Assembly: GCA_030295235.1 (NCBI GenBank)
Contig: AP026139.1
Coordinates: forward strand, 620,001-684,000
Reading direction: 5' to 3'
From: Fistulifera solaris
Taxonomy: Eukaryota
Length of the DNA stretch: 64,000 bases
Below are positions 1-15,895 of the stretch, one piece after another. The translations under genes and the position numbers were made by a program. Within the stretch, counting starts at the first letter, position 1; each line of letters begins with the position of its first letter. The notes beneath the pieces are model-generated. The model did no database searches. It had not been told where the DNA came from and saw only the letters and a list, made by a program, of their open reading frames with translations.

Positions 1-279
1 AGGGACTTGATGTCGAAAACGCTAGCTGAAAGTTCCACCAAAATGGAGGGAAAATTGATACTTAAGAGGTCGGACATTCGAAAGACACGAATCACCGATT
101 CGAAATCCGCACATGTGACGTCGACATCTCAATTGATTGCTCGATAGTGGAGGAAATGTGTACTTAAATTCTGCACTGTGCAAAGACGTTGAGGCTTCCT
201 TTCTGAGCCGACAGTTCTAGAAACTTGAAATCGTCTTCGGGTGGTGGAGTATGAGGGTGCGCAATGCGAGCATGAATAC

Positions 280-746
280 TCACCTTAAAATAGAAGCTTC
301 CATGGCGACCATTTGATCAACACTGAAGTATCCGCGGCTCAATCCGATCATTGAAGCCATACTGATCTTTCCGGGCTCGTAGAGCTTGATTGCGAGAAAC
401 AAACTGGTCATAGCAGCCAGCTGAAAAAGCTTCTTGTTGACGGTCCGAGTCGCCAAATATCTATCCAAATAATGAATAGCTACACCGACGACTTCTCGAG
501 AATAGTCGAAGTGATCAATGACTTGGTAAGCCCACTCACATATTTTTTTCTCTCCAGATTTCGTTGATGCTGGATGTCGAGGAGGAGGATTTAGATGAAG
601 AATGACTTCCAGACGATGACAAGAAAAAGGATTCGCAGAAATGGTTAAAGCTGCTGTTGGAAGTGAGGCGCCAAGTAATCTTCTGTTTTATAGAAACAAG
701 CCTCTTGATGGAGCATCACATCCATTCGTTCTTGCAAGTCTACCAT
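280..746 (-). CDS. Cyclin (diatom-specific cyclin type), 5' part; the rest is probably beyond an intron and off the window
   Basis: Manual translation from ATG 746 gives MVDLQERMDVMLHQE..YKTEDYL, then the cyclin box WREKICEWAYQVIDHFDYSREVVGVAIHYLDRYLAT..FQLAAMTSLFLAIKLYE..MEASILR, followed by a GTGAGT donor at ~283. Needs indel corrections at ~650 and ~545. Confidence 0.85.
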
Positions 747-1375
747 CGTCTCGAGAACTTGAGAGGATCGAACGTTGGTAGAATTTTATTGTGAAATCCA
801 GGACGGAAATTAAATGGGGGTGTCGAATGTCAAAGCCAAGATCCAAAGTCCACAGCGCCTGCTGGCTGCTGGCACGTGGTGGCAAATGCAAGACATACGA
901 GGTAAACAGAGGAATCCGTAAGTAGAAAACGTACCGTCACGCCTGATAATAGGCTATAAAGTATGTTGTTGACTAAGTACAAAACCCACACCTGCGACAC
1001 AGAAAGGGAGCTGCTATCGGTAAGAGTGTACCTGAGCCAGCCGACCAGTGAAATCAGGTCGAAAGCAGACGGCGGAAGATTTTTTTGTTTGTTGTATCTT
1101 CTTTGCCGCCGAGCGGAATTATCAACAGAGTCGGTACTCAACACATAGGACTAATTGGGCATCGCTACGTAGTAAGTAAAGTGGCAGAAAGAGGTACAGT
1201 AACAAGCGAGCAAAATTCAGAGACAACCATTTCTATTTGCTGGCGTTTAACAAAAATCCCAGGGCCGCTCTCTAACTTGCTAGGATTAAAATGGCAAGTT
1301 CCCTCCAACTAATCAGCATTTTCGCTAAGGGTCTAGCTAAAGCGCCCACACCTTCCGTATTAATAAAATACACTT

Positions 1376-4300
1376 TTACAGCGCTAGGCGCTTCAAATCG
1401 GCTGCTAGAGATTCTCCCAGTGCACCACTCGTAGCCTTGATGTCTAGTTTCAGGCTGGACTCTTTTATCTTCACTAGGACTCTTACCCGAGCTCCAGAAC
1501 TAGAGCGACAGGCTAGTGTGCATGTCAAAGGATCATTGCCGTCAACAACAAATGCCCGAAGAGCGTCTACTAACGCCGCTCGTAATAAAGAAGGAGGAAG
1601 AGCGCCTGAATGAGGGATTCTGCACGTGTGTTTTGTCCATCCCGAAGAAGCAAGCTCTGCCGCGACATTTTCAAGAGTAACCCCTGGTTCAGGTCCACAA
1701 TGAAAGAAAGATGGAAGCACAATTTTTACGGAAACGTTTTCATTCTGCGTTTGTAAGTGACCCTTGATTTCCTGGGACTCGTCAAGCGGTGGACCAGGAA
1801 GTGGCCCCATTTTGAATTCGCTATGGCTCCCCGGCACGACATTACCTAACGTTGCAGGTTGTTGACCTTTCATGACCACGACGACGTCACTTAGTGGGGA
1901 CAAGGATTGATTCTCGAGCATCATAATCACCAGTAAACCGTCGGGAGACTGCTCAACCAGATATTTGATTATCACAGCAGACCAGTCAATGCTTGAGCTA
2001 GTTGGTGGTTTCACAGTCGCCCGCATCCAGGTGCGCGTTTCGTTTGTCTGCCAATTATGAGATGGAGAGGACACCATCGACGGAACTTGATTGCCTAATT
2101 GTGTTGGTAAGACGTGCATAGTATTGGAAGAAATCTCTAAGAGATCGTCAAACGCCGTGTTTATCGGATGAGAAGCCGAAGTGAGAGTATCTGAGGGCTG
2201 TGCACTGGCATGAACCTCGTTGCGAGAGTCAAAACTGATGCCGAGGTTCAAAAGATCACCAACCGCATACTTCGTCTCTCGGCTTGACGTTTTCTCCTTC
2301 TTGGTCTTCTTATCTTTTTTCTTCTTATCTTTCGTGCTCTTCGCTGATGTGGTTTGGTCGGCAACATTTTGACGATCCGCCACAACGTGATGCTTCCTTT
2401 CTGGCATAACCTCGTCATCTCGAAGAGGAGTTGTCAGATCAATTTGAGCAAGACTAGCAAACTCTTTCCCGGTTCCGTGTTTTCGGTTCGCCGCAAACGT
2501 TTCATCGTTTTCTTCATCGTCGCTGGTGTAAATTTCAACGGAGGTTTTGGATGGTCCAAGCGTTGATGAAGTCGGCGCATCGAAATAAGCGAGCGGATCT
2601 AGCTGTGCTTCTTTTCTCTCCTTCTTTGCTTTCTTTTTCCTCGCTTTTTTTTCATTCGCGGAATCATCGTCGCTATCGCCAAGCTGGATAGCTCCAAACG
2701 CATTATCCTGATGAAGCTGCTCTCCGCCTGTCGATGGTGCCGAATCGAGGTAAATGGGTCGCCTTGACGTTGTCTCGGCGGGGCTGCACTGGGAATGTTG
2801 TTCGTGGCTTTTTGGAAGCTTGACTGCCCGTCGCTAACGTTTCCAGGGCTCGGTACAATGACCGGCTCGAGACTTGCTGGAGCAGCCCACCTGGAGTCGG
2901 AAAGTATTGGCGTTTGTTGGGTAAAACAAACTGACTCCGGCGAAAGTTTTGTCTGGGCTCGGTAATCTACTTCAGCATTTATCATCTTTTCGAAAACAGC
3001 CAGATCGATCTTCTCGGGAAGACCCAATGATTCATGCTTCTTTCGTTGCACTTTCGAGCCAATTGGTTTCATCGGCGCTGCTTTCAGTATGTAAGACAAA
3101 TAAGACGAAGAATCTCGTATCAAAGTCCCGAGCGAATCATTTTGAGACCCCTTCGCTAGAGTAGCACCTGGCGCGGATTTACTCATACCCAATAGATCGT
3201 CGTCATCGGAATCGTCGTCGACCTCTGTCAAAGCGGGTGCACCTGATGAAACCCTAGATTTTATTCCAAGTCCCTTTAACGTTTCAAGTGCTGTAAATGC
3301 ACGTTCCATAACTTCCACATCGGTGCTTTGAATAAAAACCGACAATCCTTCTTCGAGAGATCGAACACAAGCGTCAAGTTCTTTATTTTGGATGGTTGTG
3401 TCAGCTGAAGCAGCCGCGAAAACTTTCATCGACGCCTGAATGAACACCTTCTGTGTACTATGGACGTATTTCTGAAGCTGAAGTGGACAAGAAAACACTT
3501 GAATTATGGAATGGTATGACCCGGCACTTTCGTCATTAAAGAAGACGGCCAGATCTTCTTGCTGTAGAACGTCAGCGATGCAATCCGAATATTCTCCAAC
3601 AATCCATGCAAGAGCGGGTAATATATCAGGTATAATGCGTTTGCCCCGTCCGTTGTCTCCATGCGGATCATCGGATACATTTCCATCACCTTCCATCAGA
3701 ATCTCAATAGATCTTTTGACAGCAAATGGGCGAACGGGTAACACTCGGAGTGCAACATCCATGATTTGAGCGCGAAGGAGATCACCGTGTTTTTCGATTC
3801 CCCTCATGTGACCAATCTTGAATAGGATATCCAAGTACCACTCGAAGTCGGCCAGCAACGCGTACTTGTCGCTTGAGCACATTTCAACGATTTTTTCGAC
3901 CAGATCTTGCTTGTACGAGCCGCTTGCCAGTTCCACGTGTTTTACTAACTGAGCAACAAGCTCAATAAGGTTTTTCCGAGAAGCCATACCTTTTAGCAGT
4001 TCAAGGGCTCTAGATCGAATTGTAACGTCTTGATCAGACAAACAAGCCAGAATCAGGGGCCGGTAGTCGGGCGCACTTAATACCTTTGGGTGCGACTGCA
4101 TCAACGAAGCGAATCCGACCAATCCAAGATATTTCAAGTTTTGATCGTGCTGCTCAACAAAATCTCTCAGTGTTTGCGCGCACAATACAACAATCTCCGA
4201 CACGATGGCCGGCATAGTTCCATCACTCTTACGACTGTAGGGTAGGCACAAAGTTATAGTGTGAACCGCCTCAAAAAGTAACGACTTTGCCTGTGTGGTT

Positions 4301-5154
4301 CTCACTATCTTTGCCAGCGGTTCCAGCAATTTACGAGCAAGACGAGGTTCTTCTGGTACCAGACTTCCCAACAGTTTCACGACCTTTATAAGCATCCAGT
4401 TGTTGCTCGAATTTGTCAGGAGATCAAAAAATGCCGGAGCTAGATGAAGATAGTTCCTTGGGTTTTTGTCGCTTAACTCAGTGATGACATTTACCGCGCA
4501 GGAGACAACCGATGGGTCGGAATCTTGCAAGCTCTTTTGAATATGTTCAAACGTTAAGCGTAACCCTTGCGGATACTTTACGAACACTTTGAACAAGCAA
4601 AGAATAGCCTTCTTACGCAGATATGGATGTGAGTGTTTCGTGAGGTGAGTTATCTCCGGCAATAGATCCTTAGCTAGTTCTTCCGTGACGATATTTGATA
4701 TGCAATTTACAGCGAGCCCCGCCTCATACACTCCATGCATACCGACACCAACCGCTCCTCGTAATTCTTTCTTGAGCAAGTTAGTTGTAAGTAGAATAAC
4801 GTCAGTGTCTTGAGTGAAACCTTGACTCTATACAAAACGAAAAATAGTGAGTTTGGAGGCGGCCATCAATCCGACATTAATGTGAAAAGTACGTACAGCG
4901 GCTAGATACCCAATGCGTTTGTGAGCAAATCGAGGAGAGCTCATAACTTCGATAGATGGAAAAGAAGCCCAATTCATGCTATAACCCATCATTTGCAGGA
5001 ATGTTAATTTCTGTAAAGCATTCGCTTTGACGTGCATATCACTGGAATTGATTTCTGATTTGATCTCAGCGATGCACTGACTTATGTAAAGCGCGGTATC
5101 GCGTTTGGAGGCGCGTATACCCTTAACAACATCCGTCAACGTCTTTTCGAACAT
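1376..5154 (-). CDS. AP3D1: AP-3 adaptor complex subunit delta
   Basis: N-terminus MFEKTLTDVVKGIRA..KRIGYLAA; adaptin HEAT trunk (HPYLRKKAIL..YPQGLR, NNWMLIKVVKL, DQNLKYLGL); Lys-rich hinge and C-terminal ear. Joins ORFs 4828-5154, 2599-4779 and 1376-2407 via a short intron near 4830-4895 and indels. Confidence 0.93.
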
Positions 5155-5280
5155 AATTTATTTTAAGCGGATAGCGTGTTAATTCTCAAAACGAAGTTTC
5201 GATCAAGAGAGCTGCAAAGAGCCGCAACCTTGGCAAAATCAAAATGGTCGCAACCGCGAGGTCCGAAATGCGCCGCGAGA

Positions 5281-5326
5281 GTACCTGGCACCGGTACCAT
5301 GTACCGGTACCGGTTCCGTACCGGTG
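5281..5326. repeat. Cluster of overlapping GTAC/ACCGGT palindromes upstream of AP3D1
   Basis: gtacctggcaccggtaccatgtaccggtaccggttccgtaccggtg contains 4 ACCGGT and 5 GTAC in 46 bp. Confidence 0.6.
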
Positions 5327-5939
5327 TAGTATCAAACTCCGTAACGTAACCTTAATGCATCGGAAGTAGGAAATAGGCCGCTAGAACTAGAGAAGTGATT
5401 CATTCCTCCGCAATCTTTAGATTTTTCCCGTTGTTGCTTTCTCCGCCCGCCCCCAGTCCATTTGATGAAGCCATTTTTGTGATAGGTAAACTGGTAGTCT
5501 GAAACGCAGATCTTTTATTTAATCAATGCATTAACTATGTTTAGGACTGCAATGCAGTCGAGCCCCCTGATAGTCCAGGCTATACAAAATCCGGTTCTAG
5601 GTATAGGTATGATCGATCCGCACCACTTCCAGTTCCAGTGAAGTCAGTTACCTTGCTCTTAAATCATTAAACCAACTGCAGTATACGAATCATATCCCTC
5701 TTCACGGTCTAAGATTGTTCCTTGCCTGAATTCTTTGATAGACCCAAGAGAACTGACCACTTGAAACTTTGCTGGTGCTACCTCGCCTTTACAGCTTGTT
5801 GATGTGCGGTAATACTGGCCGTAATAACGTGCTTGCTGGAATAAGATAGCGTATTCAGCTAGGCACTACTGTTTGCACAAAAGGCAACCCACTCAAACGT
5901 CAAACGTGCTCATTGAATTTTTGACTCCTTTGCAACGTC

Positions 5940-8276
<2,337 letters not shown>

Positions 8277-8903
8277 TGTTGCAAAATGATACCTCGGTCT
8301 ACGAGCACAAACAAAGAGTTAAGGGCAAACGACGCGATGCGGACGAGTGTTGCGTGGGTCTGGTTGCAATGCAGCGGTGCAAGGATGCCATGCTCGCTGC
8401 TGGTGTGGGGTGTGGAGCGAGCGGACGAGATCAAGTTCACCGTTCACCTGTTCACTGTTCACCACTCAACAGCCCGGGTACACTTTTTTAGTCTGTAGAA
8501 AAGACCAAAGACATCAATTTACTTAAAAGTTGATAGTTTTTGTTCTTCAGCACATTCTACGCTCAGAAAAATTGTCAAATAATTTGAAAAGTGCCAACTG
8601 GAAAAGTCAATACTGTGACGTAAGAAGTACAAACAGCGAACACAACCGGCAAGCGAGCACAATTTTCCAAATTCCGGATTCCTTTCGCACCAGCTCTAAT
8701 CAACGGGGGAAGGACGTTAAAATTCTGCCTCCCAGTACAAGATTCCACGTAGCGTCTACGACGAGGCAGAATTTTAACGCCCTTCCCTGGGTGTGCCTTG
8801 TGTCTCCCGTAAGTCTAACGGCGGACGCTCCACGAGATCGAAAAGGTCCTTCGTGTTCACACAGTATTTTCATGCTCACAGTTTAAAGGTAACAACAACA
8901 ACC

Positions 8904-11900
8904 ATGGCGTCCTCTAGATGGAAACGCTTCGCATTCTTCGAGCGCAATCAGCTCAACATGAATGCTGAAGTGCTAGAGGACCTTCTTCCGAGTATCTCGA
9001 ACGTTTCGGGTCAGAAAAACCCATCGTCTGAGACAGATTCTGGCAATGATTTGGTATCTCTTGTAGCAACGACAGCGTCGCTGACGATTGATTCAAAACC
9101 TCCTCCGAGGGAGAACACCCAAGAATCAACAGATGAAAATGCCATGGCTGCAATGTGGGCTTCATTAACCGTTTGTACTTCCCCAGAACCCCCCAAAGAC
9201 GATGAGCAAGAAACGAAAAGTTTTACCATTTCTCGTCAAAACGAAGCCATTTCAGATTATGGCACAAGATCAAAGTCTTTTCTTGATGGGCTTGTTCTCG
9301 CTTTTGTCACGTCAGCACATACCGACTTGATTCATTGTATCGATATTACGATGAGGTGCAATCCGCCGCTGGCGTCGGAAATGGATGTAGATAGTTTTGA
9401 CGGCTGGAGAGGATACTTTTCTCCTTTTTTAAGAACTCCACCTGGGCCGTCTCGGCCGCCAACTCTGGAAAGTTACCATTTAGAAGAAGTCCCTACAGAA
9501 AATATTGTTGCTATTTCTTGTTGCCGCGGCACATCAGGTCACAATCCAGTGATGCTAGCTTGCATTTCGAAAAGTAATGTCACATTGTGGGAGGATCCGC
9601 ATTTGCATTTGTCATGTCGTCTCCCAGTAAAGACCCCGCAACCTCCCATCGAACCCAAAGTCTACTCTCTGCAGAAAGAGTGGAATAACGTGGATGGTGA
9701 CTGCCTTTCTCTCGATGTCATTCCCTCTCTTTTGGCTGTTGGAACCACCGGTGGCGCTGTGATTGTATACGTCATTAAACCGACAGGGCGACTAATTCGC
9801 AGCTACCTTCGGATACCAGCTCCTCCTGCGGGGGATAGCGCTGCTATCGCTGTCAAGCTATATGCGGAGGGCGAGCAGAAAGCATGTGTGTTTGTAGCGT
9901 ACCGACGCAATACGGATGCATCGTCGCAAGCTTCATCGGGAGTTTGCTGTTACGAATTTCCCTTTCCAAATTCTTCGTCTTCGGCAATGCTCTCTGCCCC
10001 ATCAGCTCGACATGATTTGGACGGTCGATCGGTTGGATCCGGGAGCCACACGGATTCTATCATCAGCGCAAGTGGTTTGCAATTCATGGTCGTAAGTGAC
10101 CCCTTTATGTGTTTTTCTGCGGCCCTCTATTCCTTTGTTTCACATAACAGCTTAAACGTTCTCGTCTCATATCCTGCTCAACCCAGGCTCGGCTGGATGG
10201 ACTGTACTCATACTCTAAAACTGAAAGGATTGGGGTAGCTCCTATTGATGGACTAAAGCAATCTTTGTGTTTGATACCCCCTGCGGCTAGTGCTGGTCGA
10301 GAAGATAGCGATCGTGTTGGCAATGGTTACGCTCTTGTCTCGTCGACCGACTCAAAATCTAATCGTGATTCAGTCGATATTTATGACGCCGACAACAAGC
10401 TAGTAGCGTTTCATTTACTCCTTCCACCGGGGCATAGCGTCCTACGATCTGCGGGCATCACCACTAAACCAACAATGTCTTCCGATGGGACACATCGGTC
10501 AGGGAGGTCGTCTGCTGTTGTGTTCACATCGGGTGGTTCACTAGTTACTTTTCGTGAGAAGACGACAGCTGAAAAAATATACCTTCTTGTCCAAAAGAAT
10601 CTATATTCGGCAGCTATCGTCGTCGCTTATGCCGATCCGTCATACGAGGCAGATAATATTACAAACCTGTATCGACAATACGCCGAGCATCTTTACGGCA
10701 AAGGTGATTTTGGAGGCGCCATTGATCAATACATACACACCATCGGATCACTAGAAACATCCCACGTTCTGTACCGATTCCTTGACGCCCCAAAGATTGC
10801 GTACGTTGTCCGTTACTTGGAGCAAGTACGTAGTCGTGGCCTTGCAACTCCAGTACACGTCGAGCTTCTGCGGACTTGTTACTTGAAGCTGAATGACCAA
10901 GCGGCAGCAGATGCACTGGGTAGTACTGGTTCCCGGCTCATTGACAAGAGTTCTTTGGCAAGTATCATTGCAAAGATAGGAACCAATCCAAAAGAGGCAA
11001 TTGCGAATGTTTGTTCGCTCGAGGCAAGTCAAGCAGCCGAGATACTTGTTATCCATGGGCTTTCTCTTGCACGCGTGCTTCCACGAGAAACGGCAGGAGT
11101 GGTTATATCGCTTTGTGTTGGGACATACTCGCCAAAGTCTCTGGCAAATGCTGCTCTTCTTGAATCCATCGATCTGAAAAAGATGATTGATAGAAAGGTG
11201 GACGAAGCGGAACAGATTTCCAAACCTTATCCTATTCACCTCTTCGCCCAGGCTTTTATCGAGAACCCGAAGATTCTTCGACTAATTCTTGCTCACTGCA
11301 ATCGAAACAAATGTCCGCTGACTCCGTCGTTACGGCGAACCCTTCTCGAGCTTTCCCTGGCAGAGTGGAACCAAGCGAAACGCTCAGGCGACACAGAAGC
11401 TGAAAAGCTTCGTCATCGCGACGCAATTGCGGTAGGTAATTTATGTTTGCTACTGCATATCATAATGATATTCTCAAATTTTCTGGTTGGGCACCAGGCC
11501 TTGACCGATTCGCATTGTCGAGATATAGGTGATTATGATGCGTTGGTGATTGTACAGCAGGCAGGATTCGAAGAAGGGGAATTGCTTTTGTACGAGCGGT
11601 TGCAGATGACACCAATGCTGCTCGAAAGATACGCAAACGAGGGTAGTGAGAAGTCTCGGCGACAAATGATTGCGATGTGCAAGGCCGATCCTGAAATTCT
11701 AGCTGATGTGCTAGGCCACCTTGTTTCAATGGCCACGCAGAGATTTACAAGTGTAAGATCATACTCTTGATGGATTTGTGTGCAGCGTTTCGCTTCTAAC
11801 TTTACTTTTTAGCATCCGAGTGGCTTTCACAAGGACGATGGTTTTGAAGACGAAATCATGCATGATATCATGGATGATATTGAAGAAACTTTAGCATTAG

Positions 11901-12355
11901 CTCGTCGCCAGCGCGTGTTGCCTCCTGTTCGTATTACGAGGATACTGGCTGGTGAGTCCAGTTGTCAGTTCAGCACGCAAGACAAAACCCGTACAACGAC
12001 GAAAATGTCGATCCCTTTATCCGTCGCCCTTGATTATGTGGGCAATATACTGGATGAATCGCGAAGAGAAATACAGCGGCTCACATCAGAGGTGGAAGAG
12101 TACAATGTTTTGTGCAATTCGATGGAGCAAGAAATTGAGAGTCTCGCGTCGGATATGCGATCTCCTATCGATGACGGAAAACACTCGCCAAGAATGAACA
12201 TCGAGGACCTCTACGCCCGCGTTCGGGCAGACGAGAGTGAAACGGGTAAACAAAGTAGTACCAAGCCTACGGAAGCTTTCTGGCGAGAGATAAATCAATC
12301 TGAAGACAGTTTTGATGTGATTGCCAGATATTTCGGAAAAGGAATAATACAATAA
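8904..12355 (+). CDS. VPS11: Vacuolar protein sorting 11 (CORVET/HOPS class C core)
   Basis: Starts MASSRWKRFAFFE; conserved EK..KNLY..A..Y..YAEHLYGKGDF..AIDQYIHTIG..S.VL.RFLDA and LL.TCYLKL; ends FDVIARYFGKG. Introns near 10090-10185, 11432-11497 and 11752-11812. Confidence 0.9.
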
Positions 12356-12456
12356 CTACTCCGTAGCATCTATTTTGATTTTGCAAGCGAGTCTATCAGG
12401 CATGTCGTCCTCACTGAGTACACTACTGATGATTATCTACACAGTACCAAATTTGT

Positions 12457-14225
12457 TTAAGCTTTAACGCTCATAACTGCATCTACAAGCTCCGCCTTCT
12501 TCAAAGGTTTGCCATCCGAATCGACAGCAGTTGCTCCCTAGCAAAAGTGATTGATGAGAGGAGATGATTGAATGAAGGGCAACCGAAACTAGAATGACGT
12601 GAAACTTACCTTTGCCTCCAGATATTCCATAAGATCTTTGATCGTTTTTCGGTTCAAAGTAGACACAGTCAACGAACTCCAGTCCTCCCCATTATTATTG
12701 ACAATCTCAACTGACGTTGGTTTTGATTTTGCAGCGTCTGCCTTTTTGGGTGCCTTCTTAGTTGTCGTTATCGCTTTTTTCTGAGCAGCAGCCTTTTTCG
12801 GTTTGGTTTCCTCTTCAGTGACTTCTGAGGCCGGTTCTTTTGCTACTTCCTTAAACGCTTGCGCGGTCGATTTTTTCGCTGTAACTGGCGATTTTTTCGG
12901 GGCAGGTGCACTGGGCTGAGAAACGGCAACTTCCATGGGTGCTGCATGCATCGACTCGGAAAGTTCCTCTTTCATACTCGTGATAGCGTCCAAACTTTCT
13001 TTGAGATCCGAAACAGCCACCGTCAGTTGCTTCACTTGTTCTCGCAATAGTTCCTGAAAACGTGAAATTCACAAAGCGCATAAGTTAAGAGGATAAAACG
13101 GCACATCCACAAACCACACACTCACACACGAAAACGTACATTTTCTCCCTGTAAAATCTCAATTTGCTTGGCTTGAGCCGCGTTGGTTTCCTTCGCAAGT
13201 TGCAATTCTTCCGCTAGCTCCGCTTCCAGCGCGCGACCACCTTGCACCGTGTCCAAAAACAGTTTCATTTCCGTGCGAACCTCTTCCAAATCACGGTCAC
13301 GAACTTCTTTCTCGGACTTCATTTCGTTCAATTCTTTGACTAACGAACTCAACTCCGGCGCGGTGGAATCACCAAAGATGCGAAAGTTTTGCAAGGCGGG
13401 AAGATATCCCAAAGCAATGAGAGTAAAGAAAGCGGTCCAATACCAGGTTTTCAATTCTTCCTTGTTGAGAACATCCAGATACTGTTGCATTTGCCAATTC
13501 GGTTGCGTCGACAATTCGCTTAGCTGTTTCATCGTTTCTTGCAAGGCGGCCTGGGGGAAGGTAATAGCTCCTTGCAATGCGGGTTCGAGTTTTGGAATAT
13601 TGACCTTTTGCAGATTGTTGTTGACATATTCCCATAAAAGCGGAGCGTTACCATCGGAAGCACTACTATCGCCCGCCAGCGATTGGAAGCTATCACGAAG
13701 ATTCTGTGCCATTTTCTGGACGGTTTGAGGGGAATATTCGAGCCCGGGATAATCCGAAGCGGCGGTGAATTGGTTTTGCATGCTGTGAAGACTATCGCGG
13801 AAACTCTGCGCCATCTCCTGACTTTGTTTCACGAAGGCCTCCGTATCGATAGACTGCGCTGCTGCCCCGAGGCCACTTTTAAAATCTTCCGTCGCTTGTT
13901 GCACGGCTTCCGTGGTTCTTGCCGCATTTTCGACAGCACTGGTGTAGACAGCATCAGGAATGAGCGAGTCGCTCTCCATATCGGGCAAGGTTTCGGGCTG
14001 AAATTCCGTAATTCCAGGTTGCGAAGAACTCAAGGGATTTGTAACGGGTTCACTGGAGTAGACGGGTGCTTTGGGCTTGGCACCCGTCAAAAAGAATTTT
14101 AAGCTGTCGTTCGATTGCGCATTTAAATGTGTTGCTGGTCGCACTCTGGGATGCAGAGGTTGAAAGGCGTGCGACGAAGACAGAGCTAATGCAAAAGCAA
14201 TTGGTGACAAAAATAGTAAAGTCAT
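12457..14225 (-). CDS. Plastid-targeted membrane protein with coiled coil and C-terminal SAP/HeH-like helical motif, function unknown
   Basis: Signal peptide plus SHA-FQP (ASAF-type) motif, one hydrophobic span (WYWTAFFTLIALGYL), coiled coil, Lys/Ala/Pro linker, and KTIKDLMEYLEAK|GATAVDSDGKPLKKAELVDAV*. Three exons, introns ~13055-13139 and ~12538-12609. Confidence 0.7.
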
Positions 14226-14747
14226 GATTCGCTATTTTTTGAAGAATCAATCTTCCAACGCGGAATGAAATGAAGGGGATGTGGTCGACTATTCAACGAA
14301 TGATGATGCGTAAATCATCTGCAAAAGGAGTTCGAAGTTGCGGTGCGTCGAGAAGATATACAAGTACGGACCGCAAATAAGCGGCTTGTCCATGGCGTTG
14401 ACAGGGTGCGCATTGCGCGTGAAAGGTCCACGTTGGAACCAGGCAAACAAACGCCAGCCGAACTTTTGTTATCCCGTGAAATTTTCTTCAGCAATAGCGT
14501 TGTCAAGCGTACTCAAAAACGCATACAAGCCTCTCTTAAATAATGGAGTGGTTGATGTCCGCAGATTTGAATTTAGCTCTAAGTAAGGAATACAAAGATG
14601 AGACTTAGAATTTTACTGTACCGATACGATCTCAGGACTTCAAGGAAGAGAAGCACAACAAGAACCGCCGGAACCCGTTTCGGGACTCTCGATGATTCAC
14701 GAAACAAGAGGGTCATTCAAGTTATCATTCTATAATTCTGCCATTTT

Positions 14748-15676
14748 ATGATTTCGACCATGAGAATCCATGGAGCGCGGAAGCTACGCTTCTTCGTTTT
14801 AGGATTCCTTTTATTAGTCTTGCTCCGATCAGCTCTCTTGTTTCTTCAGGTGAATGATCAAACGGAAAGCGCACTAGCAGAAGCTTGGGAGCCCGATGAT
14901 ATCGTACACAACAACATCAACTCGACATATTCGAACGATGCCGCTCTATCAACAATCAATCGTTACCCATTGGATCAACTGAAAGTGCCCTACCCCATTT
15001 TACATGTTTCTCTCCCAAAAGTGGAACCACGAGCATATCGCGGTATTTCTATTGTGGCAATATTTGGACGGCACATACGTTTGCCAATACCATCGGCAAC
15101 ACACACAAACAGAAACAAATGCGCGTTGGGCACTGCTATCTCAACAATGTACAAGCAGGACGTCCTCCACTACAGGACTGTGGGAATTACAAAGTATGGA
15201 GTGATTTGGGACATCCCCGTGGAACTCCTTGCTACTATCCGTCGGTGCACGGTCTCGATGATTTTGTCCGAGCCTATCCGAATGCGACGATTCTTTTAGT
15301 GACACGGAACAGCACTGCTTGGAGTAACAGTGTATTGAAGTGGAAAAATGGAGACCTACTCCGAAAATGGCGAAGGTGTGACAAATTCCCTCATAAACAA
15401 TCTTCCGAACAGGATCTGGTGAAGTTTTATGAGTGGCATGCTCAAAGCATTCGAGATTTTGTTCAAAAACATCCATCCTTGACTTACGTCGAAGCGTCGC
15501 TAGAGGATGAAGATCTTGCCGATCAATTAGAAGCAAAGATTGGAGTGAACGCATCTTGTCTGGGTCATCATAACAGTCACGAGAAGCGGCTCAAACTAAA
15601 TCCCAAATTTCGTCAACAATACTTGGAGGAGCAAGCTCGTCTCAATCAAACGACTTTGAATGACCCGGAAGGTTGA
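14748..15676 (+). CDS. Type II membrane sulfotransferase-like P-loop protein
   Basis: N-terminal TM anchor. Restoring one A at ~15020 gives ILHVSLPKSGTTSISRYF (5'-PAPS-binding-like loop), followed by YPNATILLVTRNSTAWSNS (3'-PB-like motif). Confidence 0.65.
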
Positions 15677-15895
15677 ATAAGACCTCGACAGTGCAGGAGA
15701 GTCATACGAAGTTCATGACGACCAATTCTTTCATAATTCATAACATCTCATCACCAGAGAATATATCTCAATTCAGCGGTCTCGTTCAAACCTCTTTCGT
15801 TTTAATAACGAACTCAATACTGCACCAACCAATTACAAAAGACGATGGTTTATATTCGATACGTTAGAGGACTAAATAAAGCCTCAGAAGAATTT

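Noticed and set aside
14748..15676. P-loop protein as the missing 5-hmdU DNA kinase for the hypermodification gene
   Set aside because: It has a type II membrane anchor and sulfotransferase-like motifs, and lies 43 kb away.
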